64,000 bases of DNA, from the NCBI GenBank assembly GCA_040954595.2, contig CM082586.2, positions 5,256,509 to 5,320,508 on the forward strand, written 5' to 3'. Both the position numbers and the translations under genes were made by a program. Below the pieces are notes generated by a model. That model was given only the letters and a program-made list of their open reading frames with translations. It did no database searches and had not been told where the DNA came from. Shown one piece after another: positions 16,192 through 27,201 of the stretch. The DNA comes from Balanoglossus misakiensis (taxonomy: Eukaryota > Animalia > Hemichordata). Each line of letters begins with the position of its first letter. Position 1 is the stretch's first letter.

Positions 16192-16905
16192 CTCTGATCT
16201 CTGATAACCACAGAAACTTTTAGGAACCATAAAATGACTACTGTTTAGTAAATCTGCAAAAGAATTAGTAATGGATTTGTCAACACTGGATTGTTTACTT
16301 ATTTGCGATGATACCGGTATCCTTGAGGATACACACTACTATGATGTCATTTACATGTGAACAATGAGTCATGGGTTTATATAAAGACTTTGGCTACCTT
16401 GAGTTGAACTGTCCGGAAAAAAAGTTTGGGATGAGAAAATAAGCTTTCTCGATTCCCTTTAAAAGCCAATAAATAATACTTCAACATTTTGTGTGCAGTA
16501 CATTTCGCACTATACTTCTTTGAACATTTCCGGACTCCACTGTGTCAACTGCGGTCACTTCCTGTTTCAACAAACAGTTCATTCAATGAGAGATCTTTCA
16601 GAATTTCAGCGCACAACCCTGCACACTTCTACACATACATCATACCCTGTATGCTTAACAGTCTAATCAAAGAGATCTTGTATTTGATATAGTCTACATC
16701 GAAGAAAATTCACTTTACCACCGCGATCAGTGACCGAAGATGAAAACAACAACATGGCAGTCGAGTCATCTGCCTGGGCCAGAGCAGAAGGGTTCGCAAT
16801 TATGTCCCAAAACTGATTAACCTACACGATAAAAAATGAAACCTTGATATTAATCAACTCACCGACATCTGCGTCGAATGGTGATGAGCTACTGAAAAGA
16901 GGCAT
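11683..16905 (-). CDS. STAM: Signal transducing adapter molecule (ESCRT-0); 13 exons 16905-16863, 16028-15944, 15719-15644, 15466-15371, 14988-14909, 14712-14649, 14432-14354, 14060-13874, 13665-13571, 13478-13302, 12900-12704, 12347-12094, 11878-11683
   Basis: [35 protein letters not shown] (VHS), [15 protein letters not shown] (UIM), [21 protein letters not shown]...[22 protein letters not shown] (SH3), [20 protein letters not shown] (GAT/coiled coil) and a Pro/Gln tail ending QQQLL. Confidence 0.96.
12583..12675. mobile_element. ~90 bp MITE with TTAA-CCC ends (piggyBac-like) in a STAM intron
   Basis: Left TTAACCCTTTCACC and right GGTGAACGGGTGAA form an imperfect terminal inverted repeat. 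A second partial copy lies at 10101-10173. Confidence 0.55.
16094..16188. repeat. (CAT)n microsatellite in STAM intron 1
   Basis: About 31 CAT units with one CTT interruption. Confidence 0.95.
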
Positions 16906-17225
16906 TTTTGTCGTTTTGGTTGAATTCTAAAATATATTAGCCCTCCTCCTCTCAAAGTCAATCGCAGTCTCTGTGCTTATTGTCACGCAATGCGCATGTG
17001 TTGTGAACCCAATGACGTCATTATTTCTAACTTGAAATGTACAAACTGTACATCACCGTCGCGAGTAAAACTAATATTTTACGAATAAAAACCTTAAAAT
17101 CTTGATTATTTTCAATGTATGAGGGGTAAATTTCGTCGTACATTGTAAGTATGGTGTTTCTATATTGATCAGAAAAAAAAACTATTGGAGGAAGTGTCTA
17201 CGAACAAACGAACCGAAAAGTCAAT
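16906..17225. promoter_or_regulatory. Bidirectional promoter STAM/CMC1
   Basis: Only 320 bp between divergent ATGs. NRF1-like TGCGCATG 16991-16998, perfect CRE TGACGTCA 17013-17020, ETS GGAAGTG ~17191 and a YY1-like AATATGGCGG over the CMC1 ATG. Confidence 0.7.
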
Positions 17226-18087
17226 ATGGCGGACACGCGAGGTAAGTAACTTTCATAATCATATCTAACTAATTTTATTTTTGAGCCAGTATTATCCGAG
17301 TCATGACATTCTCTCTTCGTTTCTTTTAATGTCTGTGAGGCATCGGATATTTTCTTACATCTGAGTATAGATTTGGAACTTATCTGACGGACATCAGCCT
17401 CTGTGCAGAAAAAAAGAGTCGAGCGTACACTGCTGCCAGGACACAACTTTGAACTTTACAACAAGTCTGTTTTATTCACACATATAGATGATCACCTTAG
17501 GCATGTTGAGGAAGAAATTCTCATTCCCAAGAGAATGAGAGAAAAGGCAAGGGATGAAAAATGTGGAGATGAAGTGAAAGGTAAATAAATTAAAGTAAAT
17601 ACAGCAACACTTAAATACAATGCTACCTGTCTATGGACATCCCCCTTATTCAAGTTTAGCCTAAGAAGTGTTCAGCTTATTACATTGTTCATGCAAATGT
17701 GTGACTCTTTCCCTTTATTTCCAACATGTTCCCTCAACAGCTTTCTCAGAATGCTGTAAATCCTCATCGTTGGCAATGGTGTATAAGTGCAGAAGTGAAA
17801 ATGCAGCATTGAAGAAGTGTTTAACAAAATGGTATGAGGCTAAGTTTATTATCACTTTTCTTAATTTTCATTGTTTCTTTTTGTGATATCCCTTAAGTGT
17901 TTCTGGTGAATTCCTTAGCATTCAATGACTCCAAGATGGCAATCCATGTTTTCAATTTTCCATTTCCAGGTACAGAGATCCAGAGTTTTTCAATCAGTGC
18001 AAGGTGGAATACTTGGAAGAGAGAGAAGAATTCAGAAAAACAGGAAAAACAAAGAAACAGAGGAAATTAGAGGGCACATTGTCATGA
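17226..18087 (+). CDS. CMC1: COX assembly mitochondrial protein 1 (twin CX9C); exons 17226-17241, 17488-17580, 17741-17831, 17970-18087 (105 aa)
   Basis: HLRHVEEEILIPKRMREKARDEKCGDEVKAFSECCKSSSLAMVYKCRSENAALKKCLTKWYRDPEFFNQCKVEYLEEREEFRKTG closely follows human CMC1, including the twin CX9C. Exon sum 318 nt. Confidence 0.93.
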
Positions 18088-21000
18088 TAGTATTTCTAGA
18101 ATGTATTTTTTAAAAGCTGTTTGTGTTGTGTAGAGCTTTGAAGAAACATTTCTGATGATGACTGTGACTGACAGAATCACGGGAAATTCAATGAATATTA
18201 CACACCGAATGCTACTATGCTAGTGAAAGTGTTTGCTTATCAATTACATCAGGAAATTTTGCGTTTGCTGTTGCAAGTAGGGAAAGTGCCATAATAGATT
18301 AAAATGCAGTCTTTGGACCTTGGTTGTTGTGTACAACTCAGCTTGGAGATTGAGCCCAGTGCTTTCAATTTCAGTTCAAATCAGTGTACATAGCAGTGAA
18401 ATAATGATCAGGTTCTATTGTGTTCCCGAAATTCAAGAGTATTACTCCCAATATAGCACAGGGGAGAACAGGACCGCCTGCAGTGGTGACAGCTGGTGGC
18501 ACTTTTATTGCAATCTTAGTAGGGTGTTGTGGCTATCTGTAATTTAATAAAAGAAAAAAAATACAACAATAATCTTGTCGCCTGTGGTCATTTGCAAATT
18601 TTGATGAGTCATGAAGCAGCCTGCATGGATCAGACACACAATTCACTTCCTACAAAATCACTTCAGTATCGTAGCCCACTCAAACTTATCCTCCGATTAG
18701 GTGTGTGCCCTCAACGTTTGGCTTAACATTAACACTTGTTTTTAGCTTTTTTGTGACCGTCTTGATTTGCTTAACTGTTGAGGGCGCACTGGTGTAAGAC
18801 GGAATCGAAAGAGAGCAGCGTATCCGACGCAACCCGTTTATGTAAATCAGCTGCAGATTACGAGTGACCGACAAGTGGTCCTTCAAAAACTACGATAAAA
18901 CAAGGTCTGACAACAAGGCTAATTCCCTCCCCATTTCCACTAAATAGCTAATTATTAACTTTTCATTACTTCAGACCAACGCCGTCGCAAATGTATAATC
19001 TGCGACATGCCATGTATTAAAGGATACCATGCCATATTCCAACAAGTGACATCTTGTAACGACGCTGAGAAATTCCGGCAGCATTGAAGGAAACAGCTAC
19101 AAACTTACTAAGGTGGGCGAGTGTATGTATATTACGTATGTGCATATATATATATGTCTGTTCAATTGTGGGTTAGAATTTAGGCGTTTTTCACAGTCCG
19201 CGCGGAATTACTCTAGCGAAAAGAACACTCTCCATAGATGGCTCTTTTTTCAGGTCAACTCGCTCACTCTACATATCACACCAGAAGAGGAGCGGATCGG
19301 AGTTCGAGATTGGATTTTAGCCGTGTACTGTAGGTTACCAGTACGTTCATGCGCGTGCGTTGACTTTGAGGGGTGGTCTGAAACCTATTGTGCTTTTTCA
19401 ATGACGACATACTGAAAAGTGTCCCATTGCCATGTGTGTACAGAAGGTGTGTTACTGTACAATTGTGTGTATTCAAGTGCATACCAACACTCTACAATGT
19501 GCCAACATTGTCACGACGTCATCGTGGATGGGGAAGTGCCGTTTGTGCATAAAAACGGGATATACGACATGAACGCGGTCTGCTCCGCTCGTTAAAAACC
19601 ACTCGGGGCGCGCCTCTCTCGTAAAACTTTCTACGCGATACCAAAATATAGTCCACTCCCAGGTGCAATGCGTCTCAGCTCTGTCTTGATTATACCCAGC
19701 TCTTCGGTCATTTCATGTATTTGGAATGTCGTAAGACTCGCCGCGCCGGTAAAAGTTTTTACATATATTAGGGCCTGTGCTCGTTGCACTTGGTTGTTTC
19801 TGCGTAACGGTGGTGTGTGATTGCCTGGTCAAGTTGAACCAATTCTTCCCCACAGCCCGAGGAAATGCATTGTACCCTCACATTTGTGAGATGTTTTCCC
19901 ATTGATACCGTACGTTTCTATTGAATACCACCTATAATTGGAATTTCTCGACCACAACCGAAATCTCAGCCGCAGGAAACTGCACCACATCTCAGGTACA
20001 CCGACTATCAATCAACCGTTTATTTGTGGGAAAGGGCGTGAGGGGATCACCTATTAAAAGGGACACAGACAATGTGTGTATTGACCTTGACGGCCGGTAA
20101 AGTTCAACCACGGTGGAAAATTGTGGTGTTCAGTGGATGTGGAATAGAGCCGGCTCGCCTTGACCCATTTCAAATACAGGGTGTCTGTTAATTTTGAACA
20201 TAGTCATCGTCTCCATGGTTAAAATCTGTACGTAACGGTGCAAACGATATGTTCGCATCTCATATATCAGTATGGACTTCTATAGTAGATTACTCTGTGT
20301 TATATTCTAGAAAACGCAAACCATACAATTATGTGAAATTAGGGGTATTAAAGACTGGGAATCATTAACTATACTGGCACTCCAATAATATTGTGTTTGT
20401 TTTAGTCATTATTTATGGAAAGTTTATCGCGTTACGACCATTAATAAATGTCAATGCAAGCTGCTTAGTGAGAGCTGTTTTCTCCAAAATTGGACTCGTG
20501 TCACAAATGCATGTATTTCTTGATGGCTTCTGACTTAGGGGTGCTGTGTGGTAGGTGCTCGGAATCCAAATCGGACATACAATTCCTCACGGGTTACGCC
20601 CAGCAATTGTGGGTGATAGCTGCATACCTGTAGTAGCGGCCAAGTTAATTGGCAAACAGGGTGCGGACAAAAAATATGCGACCGAACAGCAAGGTGTGGT
20701 GAAGATCCGGTCTCCTGGTAGTCCGGCTACGATAATTTATAACTATTCTCTTCAATTCGTTTTCACTTCGTCGTGACTTGCTTTTCTTCCATTCCTCTCA
20801 GAGGTTTTTAATTTATTGAGGGATTTGACAGAAATTCCTGGGTAGGGTTTTATAATGGCATGTCGTTTATCAAATAAACATACATTGTATTAAAGAGATG
20901 AAAGGGTCATTAACGCATGCGTTTTGGGCAGGGTATTCATTTCCTTGTGAGCCGATTTGAACTGAGACAAACTATGGCTACCCGACACACCGTCGCCCAT

Positions 21001-21965
21001 GCCAGCCATCGGAATTCTAGGCGACAGGGATTTTCCTGTGTGTATTCACATTGTCCAGATTTACGTTCACTATACTTCTTATTTATCCGGGTCTTGTTCG
21101 TTTGCTCGATTCGACGCCATTTTGTCTCGCAAAATTTACCCATACCAATTTCCGGTATTTACTTGCTTACCACAACATGTATGAATACGAATAACATATT
21201 TTAAAATCGAAAATATGTATAAAATTACATGTATTTATCAACCAATATAAATATCCAATCATGTATAATAATTAGAGTAAAGTAAAATGAAAATACGTGT
21301 TACAAGCCCAGTAAAAATAACTAGACTTGCTCCAAGTCTATACGGCTTAATTATGCCATAATAAATTAAATGAATTTCAGTCAGCAAAATTCTGAAATAT
21401 GTCCACAGTCACTGTAACGTGTGTGGGGTCACATACTTGTCATGAAAGTGGCCTATTGATTAGAAGAAATACACGCATTCACACTGACCACCTGTTGCCT
21501 GCCAATCAAATCCGATTCCAACCAATCAACAGTCTTGTTTTACAGTCCTACAAATTTCCACGTGAGAATCAAAATTTCGATGTCAGCTGTGTGAAATGAG
21601 TTTTGGAGATCTGCCACGTGAGTAAGACACGTGTCAGTAGATTAACCCTGCCTGAAGCCGGAATGGTAATGGAATCAAAAGTTACTATTTAATAAAGAAT
21701 TTTAACAATATTCTAGTTGATTAAAGCAATCTTCGATACCTTTGGCATTTACCCTAGACTTGATCGGTGATATTTTATTGACCCATGCAGAAGCAACATT
21801 TGAAAAAAAGTCAATTAGGGCTTTCTTAGCCACTTAATTTGCTTGTCATACCTTATTTCACCACCCGTGACCAATCTGGTGTTAGTTAAAGCTATGTTAG
21901 GGTCTCTGAAGTTCTCGGTCAGTGAGAGTTCTAGGCCACAATCTCGCAAGACCCAAAGCCAACAC

Positions 21966-24900
21966 TCACGATGCGTGGCATTTCCCGACATGCAGTCGTA
22001 TCGCACCTTTGTTGTGCAAGTCAATGTAGGTCTTGAACTCTGCAGGCATGTCGTGGTGGTGATGTTTTAACTTCTGGGGCGGTAACATAATTGCCTTCTT
22101 GTCATAGTAGTGGTAGTAGAGTTGGTTCCCATCCGGGTCCTCCGAAAAAGGCCAGTAGCCATAGAGATGCACTTCTTCACAAAAGCTCATGGCAGCGGTG
22201 AAAAGAAGCAATCCTGAAAGAATTGAACAATGTTTAGCTCGAATTGTACGAGTCTACCGGACCAATGACAGAGGGCCTGAGCTCATACCTTGCGTATATT
22301 TATAAGCGTTCGAGCTGAAACTTGTATGATAGGCCTAAAGAATTAGCTACGCCACGGCGCATAGGCCTAACGCACAACAAATTCACGACTAGGTCCCAGC
22401 CGCCTACCTGTTGTTGATCTCTTCTCGTGGATGTTGTGTTCATTCCTCCAATAATTCCTGACGGCACTCATGTGACGTGGATGCGCAAAGACGCTTCTTA
22501 TTTTGGTTTGTCGCAAAACGTCTTGTGCCCTGAAGGAAATAACTTGGCAGGGCTTATACGAAAACGCCGGAAGGTACAGGGAAGCGTTTACGTATTGGGA
22601 TGTCATATAATCTCTGAAGTTACTGCATTTTTTCTTCTTCTTGGGCTTGAGGCTCCCGTAGCTGGAATGAATAAAGACAAACTTCATTTATTCATGAATT
22701 TTGCGATTAGCATAATATTTACATAATCACTGCAGCTATTCTAAAAACATCTGTTGGCGATCGATATCTGACAGAGATCTTATTGTTCCGAGAGACATTT
22801 ACATGCTAGCATATCGCACCTGTGGGCAGGTGCATTGAAACGTAATACCAGTAGCTGTACTGAACTTTGGTGACAATTGTACATGCTGCATAAGAGATTT
22901 GTATGTACTTGTACACTCTATACACACTCTCAAAAAAATTGTGGAATATTTCAGCTCTCACGTACAGTTTTTGAATAATAGACGGATTGCATGTGACGAA
23001 GTCTGTCTTTGAGCCAACGTCCTTTGAAAACTGACGAACAGTGGCCAGATTGAATCTGCAATGAGAACATAAAAATTAGCGAATAATGCATTCATCACGT
23101 GACATGCACGAGCCAATCAATCAATCAATCCAGCACGGCAAAAAAGAAGCTCCGGAACCATAGATGTCTCGTGACATAGTCAGACTATCCGTATATAAAT
23201 TAAAGTATTTTCTGGAAGAAGTCACACAGGCCTGGACATTTGTTATTTATCTTCAGGGGTAGTCGTGAACAGTAAAGGAATTGCGCAGATGTAAAGACTC
23301 GCCTGATGACAAAGTCTGCCTCGTCGATGGATTGGCCACAGTTGCTGTTCAACAGAAACCCACTGCTGCCCACCAGGTTACATTTCTTGAATGACTTGGT
23401 GTGGTACGGCATTTCCTGCAACGAGACACACCAAATACATGTACCTTAGTGTGTGACAATGCACCTGTTAAACATTCGTGACAAGGATGACGAATCGGCG
23501 ATGGTAAACACAATATCTGCCGTCTACCAATCTCTACTTCAAAATAGGTAGCAATCACAATCTATTGACACCTGTCATTGATGCATAAGTGACCAGAAAA
23601 TGCAGCATGGCTGCTCTGCATATCGTTGGCCCTTTTTGTATTCCTTTGTTCATCCAATGACTGAAGCATCAGAATATCCGAGGGACAAGTCTTTGCCAAT
23701 AACGTTTTCTTGCTAATTATTACCGTGAGCAATCTGTTAAACACTCCTTGGGTTATGTTCACTCGTCCATGTGGTTCGCCTTCATACGACAGGTACTTAT
23801 TGAGTGGTACGTTGGTCTTTGTTGTCAAGAACAACTCACTTGTCTTACAGTAATTCTCCAGATGTGATCTGTAGAAACGAAAACAGGCGATTTAACAAAT
23901 AGTTGCAAATTCACAATTACTCGACGCTTTCAGTTATTATGGGGTGGGTTTATGACACACAATGTGGCTTGGGTCGCAGTCTAGACTTAAGATTATGAAA
24001 TGACACCTGGCATGGAGGGAAGGGGTATATTTTACTGCACGTGCGCCCAAGTAGCCACACAAAATTCTACAGACAGCGTCCACCATAAAACGAAAATGAA
24101 AATGGAGACTGATAAGAAGGAATGTGACACTTTGATAACGTAAAGTGTGTCAAAGGTCCGAAGGTCATGGATTCAACTTTCTTACTGAATTTGCGTATTA
24201 CCCTGAAGCTGCTCTTCTGTACAAAACGATCCGCGAGATTTTAATGAGCGTTTATATAAGTATCGTCTGCACCAGGAGAACCAGCACTGGTTGTAACCTG
24301 TGACCTATAGATTTTTGGTGCACGGACGGAACCTCTTCACATTTCAAAGGTGTATCGCGATACATTGCTCTCAGACCACGAGCAACTTTCAGTCAAAACA
24401 GTACACGTTTTTCGTTTTCGCTTTCCTTATCGGCTGTGTCACTGACATGCAATTGGAAACTTTTCCACCTACGTATAATGGTGCATTGTGTACAACCAGA
24501 GATTAACAACCACCACGTATACGGTATAGTCTACCGGTGGAATGCAAAAAAAAATATACAGAGGTCGATAAACTCCACTCGCCACGGGTATAATTTTTTT
24601 TCTGAAGACGTAGCACGGGGTTTATTACACTGGTGCTCTATAGTGTATGACGCAGTTAACAGTGCCCGGTCCTGGCCCGGCACCGCTCACGTGCTTGTAC
24701 CGGTTCGTCTGTTTAGAAAAGTATATGCCTTTCTAGTGAGGTTTTCTATTATTACCCGTCAACTTTTTCTTCAAGGACAAGCGACAAACGCTCTCAGTCA
24801 AAAGAGTGTTTTCACAATCAAATGGTCATCATAACATTTCTTTGTTCAATGAAACGTCCTTATTTTTTAGCATTCAATACAACATGGGTGGTGTCGACAA

Positions 24901-25778
24901 ACTGGTCTTTAGATTTGATTTGATTCTTAGGGCAAGGATTTGTTTATCTGCTTACTACATACACATGCACACGTTGCTACACCAACGAAAACGCATGATT
25001 TTTCTCGTGAAATCTTATAACGGTTATAGAATGACATATTATAAGGTAAATTGTCGTTAAATCGCCCGAAATGTGTTCAAGTTCCGTGCACACAGACTGT
25101 TTGACTGACACAGCCACCCACTGGAGACAGACAGGCAAACAAGTACGCATTGTACACACGAACGCGCACACACAAACAAACAAAAACAAACAAAAACACA
25201 TACTCACAACCAAACACAAACTCATAGTATATACATTACCTGAACTCATCCGCTGCAGTGGCGTTAAAGCTCCAATTTTGACTCCGAATTCTTGTAAACA
25301 TAAGCTTAGGAACCGATTCTTTCACTGAACGGCTGCCGGCTTCAGAATCAGTTTTATTTGCGAAGACGTGGTTCGTTTCATTATTTCTTATTTCTGAACT
25401 ATTGCTGACCCTAGTTTTTGTGTAGTTCAATACGGGAACAATAAACGGGTCCTTTTCAGCTTTTCTGGTGGGGAGTACTAGTTGATTCGGCTTTTCAAGT
25501 CCCTTTTCTGAAATGTTGGCCAGGTTCAATGTCTCAAGACTCCTTATGCGAATCGCTTGCAGACTCTCAATGCCTATCAGCTCACCGGGATTGCCTCGCC
25601 ACATGTTCTCGACATCAATGTTGATGGGAGACTCCAAGTTGACGTACTCAATTCTCCTCCTTGTTTTGTCGTTGTATCCTGTCCTGCTTGTGTCCAAAGT
25701 CAACAGAACCAAAAGAATCAGGTAGTTGCTCAGTCCTATGAAAATCAGCAGTAACAACGTCGCTGATCGTTGATGCAT
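21966..25778 (-). CDS. ST8SIA: Alpha-2,8-sialyltransferase-like (GT29) copy A; exons 25778-25240, 23868-23724, 23415-23303, 23055-22966, 22661-22408, 22213-21966 (462 aa)
   Basis: Type II TM anchor, sialylmotif L ([30 protein letters not shown]), NPS, PAF, motif S ([26 protein letters not shown]), III (HYYD), VS (HDMPAEF) and ST8Sia-type C-terminus LHNKGAIRLHVGKC. Intron 3 has a GC donor. Confidence 0.9.
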
Positions 25779-27201
25779 GATGCGCTGTTTGCCCGTGAGG
25801 CTGGGGACGCTTCAGGCTGGAAATAACGCGAAGAAGTTTACTGCTGACCCAAATCCAAGCGCAGGTAAAACTTGAAAAAGTAGCTTAAGCACAACGTATA
25901 ACCCTCTTGCGCATTCAGTTTACATACTCAAAAGTGTGACACAATTTAGGAAATACCGCTGACCAGAGAAATGGGCGGGTCTTTCAGAGGAGGGTCAACC
26001 TTTAGAAAATACGAACAATGCAAATACAGTGATGGGCTAGGCATGATGATATATTCACTGCCAAACCCTAATTCAGTCATTGACGAGGGAATTTTCGGGT
26101 GGCAGTAGAATCGACTAGAAATATTAAAATTCAATTTTACCCCTGTGCTATTAACACGCGCAAGGGACGCGACAACACCCGGGATTGCTGTTCACCCAAA
26201 TAATTCAACTAAAACTGATACGAGTTTCATAAATATAATTAAAAATGCGTTTTGATCAAGCTTTTATTCAAATGAGATATAGACTCTAGATTTATTTTTG
26301 AAAGATAATTCCGAATTGCAGAATCGTAAATACAATGTTATGTATAGGGAAATAGTTTTCAAGCCAACATGTGATTTTTCAGGTAAGTTCAATAAGACAC
26401 AAAAATAATGAAAACATTGATTCCTTGAAATTAAATAAAAACACCAAAACATGAAAACAAGGCAACTCACAACGACAAATAAATTAAGAGTTCTATGACC
26501 AAAGTGTGTTAACCATCAAGGGCGTGGCAGTGTGGGCTTGTATGTGCGGAAGCGAAATTCCATAATCTGTCAGACAACGGGTCTTCAAGCACACGATTTG
26601 GCTCCAGCCAAATAAAAAAAGATTCGGCAAACTCACCACTTTTTAACCATAATTAAAATAAACAATCCCTCTCCAAAATATATACTCTGTCTAAAGGCTA
26701 ATACTTATATGTCTTTCTTGTGTTGATTTGGATACATTTGACCCGTAATATCTTATGAGTATTTTTGTTGTATATGTCAATGTAGCTACACGTCCAACAA
26801 CAAGAGCCTGTGTTTCGAATTTGGCTCTTGTAAATAGTGCGTCCCATCCGTGCCAAAACAATAATTTTGACATGGACCGGATGCCATAGTGTGACATTAT
26901 GAAAATGCTCAAGTTGATTTAGCACATATACTTGTGGATATAAGAGCACAGTGTTGCAAAATATATAAAATTGTTCAAGTATGTTCACTTCTCTCTACAT
27001 CAAGTAGGTTTTTACTTCGTGCTAGGGGGTAAAGGCACTGTATGATAATTGCATTGTAAAATGGACGACAACTCTAACTGCATTTCGTGGCTTCCTTTTG
27101 AACATGGCAAAATCGGCCATCTTGAAATTGTGTCGACCACGTGAGATTTTCATCACTCGCCTAGGTAGCAAAAACCTATTCAAGGTAGAGAGAATTGACG
27201 A

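Noticed and set aside
16008-16211. Poly-Met ORF (also 61266-61475, and the poly-Ser ORF 61300-61668)
   Set aside because: These are translations of intronic (CAT)n/(GAT)n microsatellites.
18100-21900. Possible seventh ST8Sia copy or pseudogene between CMC1 and copy A
   Set aside because: No sialylmotif or WSFNATAA-like fragment was found on either strand by eye. TBLASTN would be needed to exclude decayed remnants.
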